A DNA stretch of 64,000 nucleotides. Source: a candidate division FCPU426 bacterium (GTDB lineage Bacteria; Oederibacteriota; PGYV01; Palsa-1178). The notes beneath the pieces were generated by a model. It had not been told where the DNA came from. It did no database searches and was given only the letters and a program-made list of their open reading frames with translations. Shown here piece by piece: positions 1-9,382 of the stretch (the first letter of the stretch is position 1; each line of letters starts with the position of its first letter). The position numbers and the translations under genes are program-made. The DNA is taken from assembly GCA_963840035.1 (NCBI GenBank), contig CAWIXE010000001.1, positions 512,001 to 576,000 on the forward strand. The letters run 5' to 3'.

Positions 1-774
1 GAACGCGTCCCCGGAACCTACAGGGGAAACAAGATATTTTACCTTAAGCGCGGGGTAAAAAAGGAAAGAGCCGCGGTCAAACAGCACGGCGCCTTTTTCA
101 TTAAGCGTTACTATGATGACGGGCACGCCGTATTTTGAGGAGATTTTTACGATGAATTTTTTAAGCGCCGCCTTCCCTTCAAGTTTCACATTAAAAGCTG
201 ATTCGAGTTCGTGTATGTTCTGCTTTAATATTTGGGGCCTGCCTTTTATGCCGTGCATGAGGTATTTGGAGGAAGTGTCCAGCAGCACCGCTGCGTTGTC
301 GCGGGTTGTTTCAACCGCTGTCCTGTAAAAGTCAGCTGGCAGGGAAACCGGAAGGCTGCCCGAGAGGACCACGTGCGAGGACTTCTTTGAAAGAACCCCG
401 AGTTTTTTTAAAAGAAGGCTTATTTCCTTTTTTGTTATATCAATGTCCGATTCGCTGTTGATGACAGTCTCACAGGCGCGGACGGATGTGTCCGTAATAA
501 GAAGGCATATCCTGTTTGAGCCGGTGCATGTGACAAAGTCCGAGTCCACATTGTGGTGGCTTAAAAAATGGGAAGTCTCGCGCGAGTCCCTGATGCCCAC
601 AAATCCCGTGGCAAATGTATCGGCTCCGAGCGCGGATAAGGCGCGCGATACGTTGGTGCCTTTGCCCCCGGGATAGGAGTAAATTGTCTTTGTGCGGGAA
701 ACTGAGCCGGCATTGAGCTTTTTAACGGGGGCTACAATGTCAATGGCGGGGTTTAAGGTTACGGTAAGTATCAT
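1..774 (-). CDS. PfkB/1-phosphofructokinase-family sugar kinase (3' end outside window)
   Basis: Absent from ORF track. Reverse strand reads MILTVTLNPAID...PGGKGTNVSRAL and ends at the window edge with the GSGDAF motif. ATG overlaps the upstream TGA (ATGA). Confidence 0.9.
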   Translation of the reverse strand, partial: MILTVTLNPAIDIVAPVKKLNAGSVSRTKTIYSYPGGKGTNVSRALSALGADTFATGFVGIRDSRETSHFLSHHNVDSDFVTCTGSNRICLLITDTSVRACETVINSESDIDITKKEISLLLKKLGVLSKKSSHVVLSGSLPVSLPADFYRTAVETTRDNAAVLLDTSSKYLMHGIKGRPQILKQNIHELESAFNVKLEGKAALKKFIVKISSKYGVPVIIVTLNEKGAVLFDRGSFLFYPALKVKYLVSPVGSGDAF

Positions 775-1643
775 TTTACAAAATAAACTATTATGATGGC
801 GGTTATTACATAAAGGATGATGTTGATGATCATGGGCCGGTCTTTCAGGAATACTGCCTCTGGCGAGCCGCCTAAGTTCTTCTTGTGCATTAAGTACAGG
901 TAGCGGAAAATGCCGTAAAGCACGAAAGGTATGGTCAGCATGAGAAGGTTGTGGCGCGCAGCTGTTTCCGAGGTAAAGGTGTAAAGCGAATAGGCAATGA
1001 CTGTTGAGGCGGTAACAACGGATATCATCTGGTCCAGGAGCTGCACCGAATACTCATCTAAAATTTTTCTGTGTTTATTGGCCTCGGGCAGCGAGAGCTC
1101 ATGGCGCCTTTTTGCCATGGCCACAAATAATGTGACAAGGGTGGTGCATATGATAAGCCACGGGGATATGGTAACCGAAATAACCACCGCGCCGGCGATT
1201 GCGCGCAGCACGTAGAACGCGGACAGCAGGAACACGTCAAGTATGACTATGTGTTTTAATTTAATGGTATAGAGCGTGGTTAAAACAAGGTAAACCGCTA
1301 TGACAATGCCAAAATTAAAATTCAGGGCGAAAGAGCCTGCCAGGGAAATGATCATCAGAATAAAGCTTAAAACAAACGCGAAGTTTTTATCCACCGCTCC
1401 CGATGCTATGGGGCGGTTTTTCTTTTCGGAATGGAGGCGGTCTTCCTTATAGTCGGAGATGTCGTTCATTATATAGAGCGAGCTTGCGGCGAAACACAGC
1501 AGGAAAAAAGCGACGGTTGTCTTGAAAAAATAAAGCTGGTTAAAAAGGTTGCTTGTGAATATGAGGGCGGCGTAAACGAGGAAATTCTTGGACCACTGTT
1601 TTACCCGGAGCAGATCGAGTATAACCCTGGCTTGGAGTTTCAT
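771..1643 (-). CDS. UbiA-family prenyltransferase, decaprenyl-phosphate phosphoribosyltransferase-like
   Basis: RVKQWSKN, YIMNDISDYKEDRLHSEKKNRPIASG, KRRHEL, GIFRYLYL motifs; multiple TM segments. Confidence 0.9.
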   Translation of the reverse strand: MKLQARVILDLLRVKQWSKNFLVYAALIFTSNLFNQLYFFKTTVAFFLLCFAASSLYIMNDISDYKEDRLHSEKKNRPIASGAVDKNFAFVLSFILMIISLAGSFALNFNFGIVIAVYLVLTTLYTIKLKHIVILDVFLLSAFYVLRAIAGAVVISVTISPWLIICTTLVTLFVAMAKRRHELSLPEANKHRKILDEYSVQLLDQMISVVTASTVIAYSLYTFTSETAARHNLLMLTIPFVLYGIFRYLYLMHKKNLGGSPEAVFLKDRPMIINIILYVITAIIIVYFVK

Positions 1644-1646
1644 TTA

Positions 1647-2267
1647 TTAGGGGTTAAGCCTGATGTAGTCTATGTAAAGCGTTATGTCTTTTGGCTGGCC
1701 CTTGGTGTCCATATAAATGGAAAATGAGGTCATGTTCGTAAGGTCAATCCTCGCGGTTTTGACGTCTTCCAGGAGTATTTCAACTTTATTCCTGCCGTTT
1801 TTCATGGGCCTCTGGGCAAGGTACTCTTTTCCTGAGGCGTCCACAAGCTTTATGAAAATGTCGGGGGAGGTCTGGTCAGCCACATATACGTCAAAGGCGA
1901 ATTTCTTATAGCCTGTCCAGTCTATGGTCCTTAAGGGTGTTAATGTCGAGATGGACATGGTCATGGAGGATATCCATGTGGTAACCCTGGCTGCCTGCGT
2001 GGTTGTCAGGAAATCAACCGGGACTGAAAATACAGCCTTGGCTGAGAACTTTCCTTTTGTGGCGTACTTTTTCATCTGTTCCAGGTTCACATAGCCGTTT
2101 GTTTCAATCTCAAAATCGCCGATTGAAATCTCGCTGGCGACGGTTTCAAAGCTGTTTATGACCTCAAGCGGCTTCTTTTTTGACTTTGCGTTGCCGCAGC
2201 CGGTCAAAAGAAGGAGAAAACTGAGTATAATAACGGTAAAAACCTTTAAAACGCGGCTATCTTTCAC
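1647..2267 (-). CDS. Lipoprotein with putative carbohydrate-binding beta-sandwich domain
   Basis: Lipobox LTGC; DWTGYKKFAFDVY and YIDYIRL resemble CBM-like jelly-roll motifs. Confidence 0.55.
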   Translation of the reverse strand: MKDSRVLKVFTVIILSFLLLLTGCGNAKSKKKPLEVINSFETVASEISIGDFEIETNGYVNLEQMKKYATKGKFSAKAVFSVPVDFLTTTQAARVTTWISSMTMSISTLTPLRTIDWTGYKKFAFDVYVADQTSPDIFIKLVDASGKEYLAQRPMKNGRNKVEILLEDVKTARIDLTNMTSFSIYMDTKGQPKDITLYIDYIRLNP

Positions 2268-2418
2268 AATTGCCCTCCGTGAAAATAAGTTTTAGATTAC
2301 GGATATTTTAGCAATAATGTCCTCAATTGTCAATTATCAATAATGGTCAATTTTCTTTACAACGCGCCCGCTTTTTGTTATCGTATTAGCATATCATATA
2401 AAAGGAGACATCCGGAGT

Positions 2419-3750
2419 ATGGCCGAATTTACCCCCGAATTTAAGGATTTTCTTAAAAAATACAGGATAGAGTTCCTCTTAGCCGCCATCGCGGCCATAA
2501 TAATATTTGAGATATCCTTTGCCTTCGCAGGAAAGTCCATCATAGGATTTGTAAAGGAGGAGTGGGGCATAAGGGGTTACAACCTCATTGTATTCATTAT
2601 GGGGCTGGTGCTGTTATTTGCCGCCCTTATTTCATACCCCAAGATATACAAGTTCAAGATACTCTTATCCGCGTCGGCGCTGGTCTCATACATGATCATG
2701 TTCACCATGATAACGAACATATTCCCGGTCAAAATAGCGGTCATGGATTTCAGGCTGGATTTTTACGAGCCTGCCTGGCGCGACGGGATGAGGTTTTCAA
2801 ACACTTTTTTGATGACATTACTTAACTTAAACCTCCTGGGCGTGGTGCTGGTAAACTCCACGGTGAATTATAATAAGGGAAAAGCATCCGCGCTCTGGGC
2901 GTTTTTGGGAAATCTCGCGCTTTCCATGCTTGTGATATTCTTAATCGAAGGAAATTATTTCATAGACCGCACCACAAAAACAGGCTTTGTGAAATTCGCC
3001 GGGGATTTTGTGGACGCGTTTAACAAATATGTCCTGCCGCTGAATTTCCTTGTTTTCATATTCATGGCCGTGCTTTCGGTTTTTAATATTGAAGAAGAAC
3101 ACAATTACGGCTCCATAATCATGGCCATTGCCTCGCTTAATTTTTACACGCTGCTTGTGCTTTTATACCCGGACGGATACTGGAAACTGAAGCTCATGCT
3201 GCCATTCATGTCGCTCATACTCATCGTGGGGATATTCGTGCACTGGATGGCGTGCCTGCACCACAAAGCGCATTATGACCCGCTCTTAAAGATATATAAC
3301 CGCCAGCATATGGATTCGATCATAAGCGGCGTGGCGGACATAAAGCTTGGAAAGGCTTTTTCCGTTTTTATGTGCGACATAGACCACTTCAAGGCTGTAA
3401 ACGACACATACGGCCACGGCGCCGGGGACGAAGTGCTCTTCCGCGTGGCGCAGGTCATACGCGACACGGCGCTGCCTGAGGGCGTGGTGTGCAGGTACGG
3501 CGGCGAGGAAATCATAGTTTTCATCCGCGAAAAGACAGAAGAGGAAGCCGTGCTCAAGGCGGAAAAAATAAGGAAAGAAGTAAAAAAACAGACAGTGAAG
3601 GTCAAGTCAAAATCCATAAAAGTAACCATGTCCATAGGCGTGGCCTCGACTACCAAGGGCATTGAGGATATAAATAAAATGATAAAGCGCGCTGATGAGA
3701 ATGTTTATAAGGCAAAAAAACGCGGCCGCGATAAAGTGGTGTCGGAGTAA
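2419..3750 (+). CDS. Membrane-anchored diguanylate cyclase (GGDEF)
   Basis: Multi-TM N-terminus; DIDHFKAVNDTYGHGAGD and RYGGEE motifs; RBS AGGAGA. Confidence 0.92.
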   Translation: MAEFTPEFKDFLKKYRIEFLLAAIAAIIIFEISFAFAGKSIIGFVKEEWGIRGYNLIVFIMGLVLLFAALISYPKIYKFKILLSASALVSYMIMFTMITNIFPVKIAVMDFRLDFYEPAWRDGMRFSNTFLMTLLNLNLLGVVLVNSTVNYNKGKASALWAFLGNLALSMLVIFLIEGNYFIDRTTKTGFVKFAGDFVDAFNKYVLPLNFLVFIFMAVLSVFNIEEEHNYGSIIMAIASLNFYTLLVLLYPDGYWKLKLMLPFMSLILIVGIFVHWMACLHHKAHYDPLLKIYNRQHMDSIISGVADIKLGKAFSVFMCDIDHFKAVNDTYGHGAGDEVLFRVAQVIRDTALPEGVVCRYGGEEIIVFIREKTEEEAVLKAEKIRKEVKKQTVKVKSKSIKVTMSIGVASTTKGIEDINKMIKRADENVYKAKKRGRDKVVSE

Positions 3751-3797
3751 ACAAAATTTTCAATTTAAAACCATCGTAAAATAACAAATAATATAAT

Positions 3798-3825
3798 GAA
3801 CTTTGAAGGCTGCCCCGCCGTCTAA
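3798..3825 (+). promoter_or_regulatory. ECF (RpoE/AlgU-like) sigma promoter
   Basis: GAACTT-N16-GTCTAA, about 36 nt upstream of ATG 3862. Confidence 0.6.
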
Positions 3826-3861
3826 CATTTGAAAGGCAAAAAATTCAGGCAGGAGGGCGGC

Positions 3862-4215
3862 ATGAAAAAGATAGCTTTGTTTTTAACGGCTGTATTTATC
3901 GCGGCTCTTGCCATTTACGCGCAGGCAGACGCGGCCGTTGACTCCTCCTATAATTCACCCCTCAAATACTCAAATGCGGCAACCGGCAGCCTTAAATTTA
4001 TTTCCCATAAAAAACACAGCCACAGCGCGCCTGTAAAAGGCGGCCATAAGACATCCATAACAGGGGAAGAAAGAGAAAATGAGGAGATACAGGCAATACC
4101 TGTGGCCCTTAAACTCAATACCCGGCCAAACGTTATAGCCTCCGTAAATACTTTAATAAACAATACAACATACAAAGAGAAGACAAACTTAACCATCCTG
4201 AAAACCCGTAAATAA
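3862..4215 (+). CDS. Small secreted basic protein
   Basis: RBS AGGAGG before ATG 3862; signal peptide ending AQA; HKKHSH patch. Confidence 0.7.
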   Translation: MKKIALFLTAVFIAALAIYAQADAAVDSSYNSPLKYSNAATGSLKFISHKKHSHSAPVKGGHKTSITGEERENEEIQAIPVALKLNTRPNVIASVNTLINNTTYKEKTNLTILKTRK

Positions 4216-4289
4216 ACTCCTTTTCATTTTTTATCTGTTTTTGACGCTATTTTTATGCCAAAAAACAAAAAAATAAAAGGAGAACTACC

Positions 4290-4508
4290 ATGAAAAAACT
4301 AATAGCCCTTATCCTCTCGCTCGCTTTTGTATCAGCCTTTGCCTTAGCCGCGGAAAAACCGGCTGTAAAAGTTCCTGTTTCAGCATCAGTTACGGCGCCG
4401 GCCGCGGTTACACCGGCCGCAAAAACGGCAAAAGTTTACAAAAAGTCAAAGAAAATTTCTGCCGTCAAGGCAGGAACAGCAGTTTCTGTTAAGCCGGCTG
4501 TGAAGTAA
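4290..4508 (+). CDS. Small secreted Ala/Lys/Pro-rich peptide (Asr-like)
   Basis: RBS AGGAG; signal peptide; low-complexity AVTPAAK sequence; GC-rich hairpin follows at 4520-4562. Confidence 0.75.
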   Translation: MKKLIALILSLAFVSAFALAAEKPAVKVPVSASVTAPAAVTPAAKTAKVYKKSKKISAVKAGTAVSVKPAVK

Positions 4509-4588
4509 GGATCCTACCAGGGAAGGCGCGCTGTATATGTATCGCGCAGGGCGCGCCTTCCCGACCAAAAAAAATCAGGAGGCGTTTT

Positions 4589-4765
4589 ATGAAAAAATTA
4601 ATTGTAATAGCAATGGCGGCAATGATAATGGCAGCGGCGGCTTTTGCGGCTGAAACAACAGCACCTTCAGGGATGGCGGTTGCAAAGCACGCAAAGCACG
4701 TCAAGCATGTAAAGCACCATAAAAGTACCACGGCAAAGGTTACAGCCACACCTGAAACAAAGTAA
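4589..4765 (+). CDS. 58-aa secreted Lys/His-rich peptide, Asr-like (missed by ORF track)
   Basis: RBS AGGAGG; MKKLIVIAMAAMIMAAAAFAAETTAPSGMAVAKHAKHVKHVKHHKSTTAKVTATPETK. Confidence 0.75.
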   Translation: MKKLIVIAMAAMIMAAAAFAAETTAPSGMAVAKHAKHVKHVKHHKSTTAKVTATPETK

Positions 4766-4851
4766 AAAACAGTGCGCGCCCGCTAAAAGCGCGGCAGGCG
4801 CGGACGGACATGCGCAATAAAAGCGCTAAAAAAAACAATGGAGGATTTGAA

Positions 4852-5088
4852 ATGAAAAAAATTATCGTACTGGCAACAGCAGCTTTATTCGCGGTATCAA
4901 TGGCATTCGCGGCGGAAACAAAAGCGCCGGCACCGGCAGCTACAGTGGCGGCGGCAGCAGCTTCAACAACACCGGCGGCTAAAGACGCGGTTGTTAAAAA
5001 GGGAAAAAAAGGAAAAAAGGGAAAAAAGGCGGCGGAGGCAACAGCAGCGGTTACACCGGCAGCAGCAGTAACTCCGGCCGCAAAGTAA
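4852..5088 (+). CDS. Small secreted Ala/Lys-rich peptide (Asr-like)
   Basis: RBS GGAGG before ATG 4852; AFAAET signal junction; KKG repeats. Confidence 0.75.
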   Translation: MKKIIVLATAALFAVSMAFAAETKAPAPAATVAAAAASTTPAAKDAVVKKGKKGKKGKKAAEATAAVTPAAAVTPAAK

Positions 5089-5115
5089 TCAGATAAAAAG
5101 AGTTCGAGTGCTATT

Positions 5116-5141
5116 GGGGCATGCCGCGCAGGGCATGCCCC
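5116..5141. terminator. GC-rich hairpin between convergent genes
   Basis: ggggcatgcc-gcgcag-ggcatgcccc. Confidence 0.5.
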
Positions 5142-5168
5142 TTGGCATTTCATGATATGAATTGCAAA

Positions 5169-7322
5169 TTACTGATATAGAGCGGACGGAGGGACAAGAG
5201 ATTTTTCCGTTTCAAAAGGGGGTATCCACCACAGAAAAAGCTTATAATATGAAGCCTGCACGGAATGTTTAAGCTTTATATGATGAAACCCCTTGCTGAG
5301 TGTTATTGTACCGCTGAAAAGCGCTGTTTTATTTATGCTTGTTTCAAGAACCGTTGTTTCGGCAACTATTTTTCCATCTATGCGCAGTGATGAATAATCC
5401 CTGGATTGTAACAGGAAGGTATAGGGGCCCGGAGCGTCAATCATGAGCCTGCCAGACCACTCAGCCGATGAAGGCGGTTTTATGGGTGACACAGTCCAAA
5501 AAAACAGAGGAAGGTATTTTTTTTCGGAGAAAACAGGTTTTCCGGACCATGAGGGGCCTTCATAATACCTGCCTGTTAACCCCCGGGTTTTTTCCGATTC
5601 AAGCCATTGTTTTATTTCTTCTTTCCTTACGGCAAGCGCGGTAAAGCAAAGTTCGTCCCCGGTTAACGGGTCTTTTCCTTGTGTCACTGCGGCCGCAGGG
5701 AATGTGTTTTTTAATGCTGCGCTTATGGGATAGTATTCCTTCGAAATAAGGAACGCGGTATCTGTTTCTTCCCCTTTTATAAAGGGGAGGATATTATTCA
5801 CGTCAAACATTTCCGGCCTGAAGGAGCCGTCTCCCGCGATGAACCTGAAAGTGCTTCCGTAATTATAGATGTTATCCGCGATTAAAACGCGCCAACCGGG
5901 CCCGAGTTTATTTACATAAGAAGCGGCCTGATATTCATCCAGGGAAAAATTTTTCCTGCATGCGGCGTCATGCGCCTGCGGGCCAAAATAGAGGCATATA
6001 TTCCAGGCCGCTGCCGCAGATAAAAGCGCGGCTATAAAAAGAGCGGCATAAAACGGTTTTTTAATGCTGCCGGCAATGACCCTTAAATAAGAAAGGGCAA
6101 AATATATTAACGCAGGGATGACGGTTATGACCCTTAAGGATTGCGGCGCTTCTATGGAGAAAAAACCCGCGCACGCGAAAACAAGAAAATATGAAATGAA
6201 GGCAAAATTTTCGAACCTGCGCGGGCCAAAAAGGATAAAACCAAAGCCGGCCGCTGCCGCAAGGCCCGTAAAAAAATCCAGAGCCGGACTTCCGGGGAGG
6301 TTATGCCTTCCGTTCATGTCCCCCCTGAAATTAAACATGCCTAAAGTTTTAATAACCGCGTCAGATATGGCCGCGGCCATGTTTTTATCCGGGCCGTAAT
6401 TCATCCTGACAACTTCCCTGTCAAAAAGCGAGACCTGGGACTGCCTTTCAAAAAAGTGGGGCATTTTTTTTATGGAATACAGGCCAAGAGGCGCGTACAG
6501 CAGCATGGCGACAAACACGGCAGCCGCCATATTTTTTAAGTTTGCCGCGAAAAATTTTCTGTCCGTAATAAAAATATACAGGAGAACCACGGCAAGCCAC
6601 GGGGCTAAAAGCCTCGAAGCCATGTATGTGTACTGGCAAAGGACGGCGGTTACCGCGGCCAGGATGAAATCACCGGTCTTTGCCTTCCTGTACGCGCGTA
6701 TGACGTAATACAATGTAAGGGCCAGCAGAGTGACCAGTAAAATGCAGTTGAAGCCTATGCGCGAAAAATTAATGTGCCACCTCATAACAGCCAGGAGAAA
6801 AGCGCCGGCAATCCCCATGGCCGGGCCGGCCAGGTACCGCATAAGGAAATATACCGCGGCGACAGCCATAACGCCGAGCAGGGCTGAACCCATCCGCATC
6901 TGAAGGGCACCCGCGCCAAATAATTTAAAAAACGCGCTTATAATAAAGAGATAGGCTCCGCCGTCGCCTGACGGAAATTCACCCATATTTCCGCCGGAGG
7001 ACGCCAGTCTGTCCGCGATTAAGGCCCCGTCCGCTTCATCCACGTAAAATCCCGCCGGGATACTATCGAGGGAAACAAGCCTTAACACGGCCGATAGAAT
7101 AATGATAAGGGAAAATATCATAGCCTCGTGTATTTTGGAAATATTAAGCGTTGTTTCAGAGACTGCATTGTACTTTAAGAGAAGCCCCGCGGACAGCAGG
7201 AAGAGCAGTATGCCCGGGATTGGAAGCTTAAAATAATAGAGAAAAACCTGGCCAAAAAGCGCGGCTGTAAATGAAAAAAGAGGCAGGCAATTGGAATGCA
7301 TGGATCTATTGGAAAGTATCAT
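5169..7322 (-). CDS. GT-C fold (GT39/ArnT-like) glycosyltransferase with C-terminal PA14 domain
   Basis: LRLVSLDSIPAGFYVDEA, WHINFSRIG and many TM segments; C-terminal GLTGRYY, SAEWSGRL, LSKGFHHIKL, LWWIPP typical of PA14. Confidence 0.8.
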   Translation of the reverse strand: MILSNRSMHSNCLPLFSFTAALFGQVFLYYFKLPIPGILLFLLSAGLLLKYNAVSETTLNISKIHEAMIFSLIIILSAVLRLVSLDSIPAGFYVDEADGALIADRLASSGGNMGEFPSGDGGAYLFIISAFFKLFGAGALQMRMGSALLGVMAVAAVYFLMRYLAGPAMGIAGAFLLAVMRWHINFSRIGFNCILLVTLLALTLYYVIRAYRKAKTGDFILAAVTAVLCQYTYMASRLLAPWLAVVLLYIFITDRKFFAANLKNMAAAVFVAMLLYAPLGLYSIKKMPHFFERQSQVSLFDREVVRMNYGPDKNMAAAISDAVIKTLGMFNFRGDMNGRHNLPGSPALDFFTGLAAAAGFGFILFGPRRFENFAFISYFLVFACAGFFSIEAPQSLRVITVIPALIYFALSYLRVIAGSIKKPFYAALFIAALLSAAAAWNICLYFGPQAHDAACRKNFSLDEYQAASYVNKLGPGWRVLIADNIYNYGSTFRFIAGDGSFRPEMFDVNNILPFIKGEETDTAFLISKEYYPISAALKNTFPAAAVTQGKDPLTGDELCFTALAVRKEEIKQWLESEKTRGLTGRYYEGPSWSGKPVFSEKKYLPLFFWTVSPIKPPSSAEWSGRLMIDAPGPYTFLLQSRDYSSLRIDGKIVAETTVLETSINKTALFSGTITLSKGFHHIKLKHSVQASYYKLFLWWIPPFETEKSLVPPSALYQ

Positions 7323-7498
7323 AAGGCCCCTTTGAGCATATTTTTATCATTATATTCACCCTTTTCCAAAAAGGTCAATATAAATAAGAGGTTTATGGAG
7401 GAATAATGGCTGTTTTCAAAAGAAACCGGGCCGGCGCTTGATGTTTAAAAAAACCACGAAGTGTGTTATAATAGCCGTATGATTGACAGGAGGAACAT

Positions 7499-7828
7499 TT
7501 GAAAAAAATTTGTGTTGTATACGTCACGGTTAATGAAAGGAAAGCGGCTGACAGGATAACCGGCGTACTGATTGACAAACAGCTCGCGGCAAGCGTTAAC
7601 CGCGTGACCGGAGTGGAATCCACTTACAGGTGGAAAGGCAAAGTGGAGAGGACAGGGGAACTGCTCCTTATCATAAAGACAAAGGCAAGCCTGTTAAAGG
7701 CCGTGATAAAAGAGGTTAAAAAACTGCATCCATATGAAGTGCCTGAGATCATAAGCATGAATGTAGACGGCGGAAGCCCGGAATACATTAAATGGGTAAA
7801 TGACGTGACTATACAGGGAAAAGCATAA
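7499..7828 (+). CDS. cutA: Divalent-cation tolerance protein CutA
   Basis: STYRWKG and LHPYEVPEII motifs; TTG start after AGGAGG. Confidence 0.92.
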   Translation: MKKICVVYVTVNERKAADRITGVLIDKQLAASVNRVTGVESTYRWKGKVERTGELLLIIKTKASLLKAVIKEVKKLHPYEVPEIISMNVDGGSPEYIKWVNDVTIQGKA

Positions 7829-7847
7829 TAAGGGAAGAACAGCAGCC

Positions 7848-9242
7848 ATGAAAAAAACAAAAATAACAGCCACACTGGGCCCGGCGACAAAAGACTACGG
7901 CAAAATAAGGGAGCTTATTTCCGCCGGGGTCAATGTCTTCAGGATGAATTTTTCCCACGGAGACTACGGATTTTTCAGCGCGCTTTTAAGCAATATCAAA
8001 AGGGCGAGGCTTGCCGAGGGCCAACCCGTGGCCATATTACAGGATTTGCAGGGGCCAAAGATAAGGGTAAAGCAAATGAGCGCGTCCGTAATTGTTAAAA
8101 GAGGGGAAGCGCTCATCATAGAGGGTTCGAGCAAGGAGACAAGAGACAAAAGTATATCCATAGATTTCAAGGGGCTGTATAAATATGTAAAAACGGGCAG
8201 CCGCATTCTCATAAACGACGGGATGGTATCGCTCAGGGTTGAAAAAATAAAATCAGGCGACATATACTGTACTGTCATAAACGGAGGGGAAATCGCGGGC
8301 AGGAAGGGAGTTAACCTCCCTGGCGTTAAGCTGCCTCTCTCGTCCATGACAAAAAAAGACAAAGAAAACCTGAAGTTCGGCCTTAAAAAAGGCGTGGAAA
8401 TTGTTTCCCTTTCATTTGTGCGCACCGCTGACGATGTCATTGCCCTGAAAAAAGAGATCGCAAAACAGAAAAAATGCCGCCCCATCATTATAGCCAAGAT
8501 AGAAAAACCCGAAGCCGTAAAAAATATCAAAGCCATACTTCATGAAGCCGACGGCATTATGGTGGCAAGGGGAGACCTCGCTGTGGAGGCCGGTTATAAA
8601 AAAATACCCGGAATACAGAAAAAAATAGTAACGCTGGCCAATGAAGAGGGCAAGATTGTCATAGTGGCCACGCAGATGCTCGAGTCCATGACCAACAACC
8701 CGTACCCGGAGAGGGCGGAGATAACGGACGTTTATAACGCCGTACTAGACGGCGCTGACGCGCTCATGCTCTCGGGAGAAACATCCGTGGGAAAATATCC
8801 GGTAAAAACAGTCAGGGTAATGTCAGACATCATAAAAAAAGCCGAGGCAGAATCGCTTAAGACCTGCCGCGAGAAGACAGCCATAAAGACCGAAAACAAT
8901 TATGAAAACACCCTTTCATACGCGGCCGCCGCAGCCCAGGAAATGCTTCCGGGTTCTGAAGTGGCTGTTAATGCCAATACAATCGAAGACGTATCATATA
9001 TTTCGGATTACAGGCCTAAAAAATCAGTAATTTGCGTGACGCGCGATAAGGACCTATACAATAAGATGGCGGTATATCATTCCATACAGCCGGTGCTTGT
9101 TAAGGGCAACAATCCTGAAAAATCAGCCGCGGAAATAGCGCGTAAAATCAGGAACGTTAAGAACCTGATATACGTTGAATATGGCGGGAGCAAAAAAAGA
9201 AACGGCTCCATGACCTTATTGAAGGTTAGCGATTCAAAATAA
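7848..9242 (+). CDS. pyk: Pyruvate kinase
   Basis: TLGPAT, RMNFSHG, DLQGPKIR, AKIE, MVARGDL, ATQMLESM, MLSGET. Confidence 0.97.
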   Translation: MKKTKITATLGPATKDYGKIRELISAGVNVFRMNFSHGDYGFFSALLSNIKRARLAEGQPVAILQDLQGPKIRVKQMSASVIVKRGEALIIEGSSKETRDKSISIDFKGLYKYVKTGSRILINDGMVSLRVEKIKSGDIYCTVINGGEIAGRKGVNLPGVKLPLSSMTKKDKENLKFGLKKGVEIVSLSFVRTADDVIALKKEIAKQKKCRPIIIAKIEKPEAVKNIKAILHEADGIMVARGDLAVEAGYKKIPGIQKKIVTLANEEGKIVIVATQMLESMTNNPYPERAEITDVYNAVLDGADALMLSGETSVGKYPVKTVRVMSDIIKKAEAESLKTCREKTAIKTENNYENTLSYAAAAAQEMLPGSEVAVNANTIEDVSYISDYRPKKSVICVTRDKDLYNKMAVYHSIQPVLVKGNNPEKSAAEIARKIRNVKNLIYVEYGGSKKRNGSMTLLKVSDSK

Positions 9243-9254
9243 GCGGAGTTTTTT

Positions 9255-9311
9255 GTAGCGGAAGGATTTTATCCTGCCGACGCAAAGGCCAGCCAGATAT
9301 GCGCCCGCTAC
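9255..9311. repeat. Degenerate GTAG-headed REP-like pair
   Basis: gtagcggaaggattttatcctgccg ... cccgctac. Confidence 0.5.
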
Positions 9312-9382
9312 GAAGGTTTTCGGCATGTGAACAAAAACATATCGAAATACGTCAAAATGGAAATATACTACAGGAGGAAACA

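Noticed and set aside
9270..9311. c-di-GMP-I riboswitch suggested by gacgcaaag
   Set aside because: The upstream GGCAAAC/GAAA stem is missing, and the segment is explained by a GTAG...CTAC REP pair.
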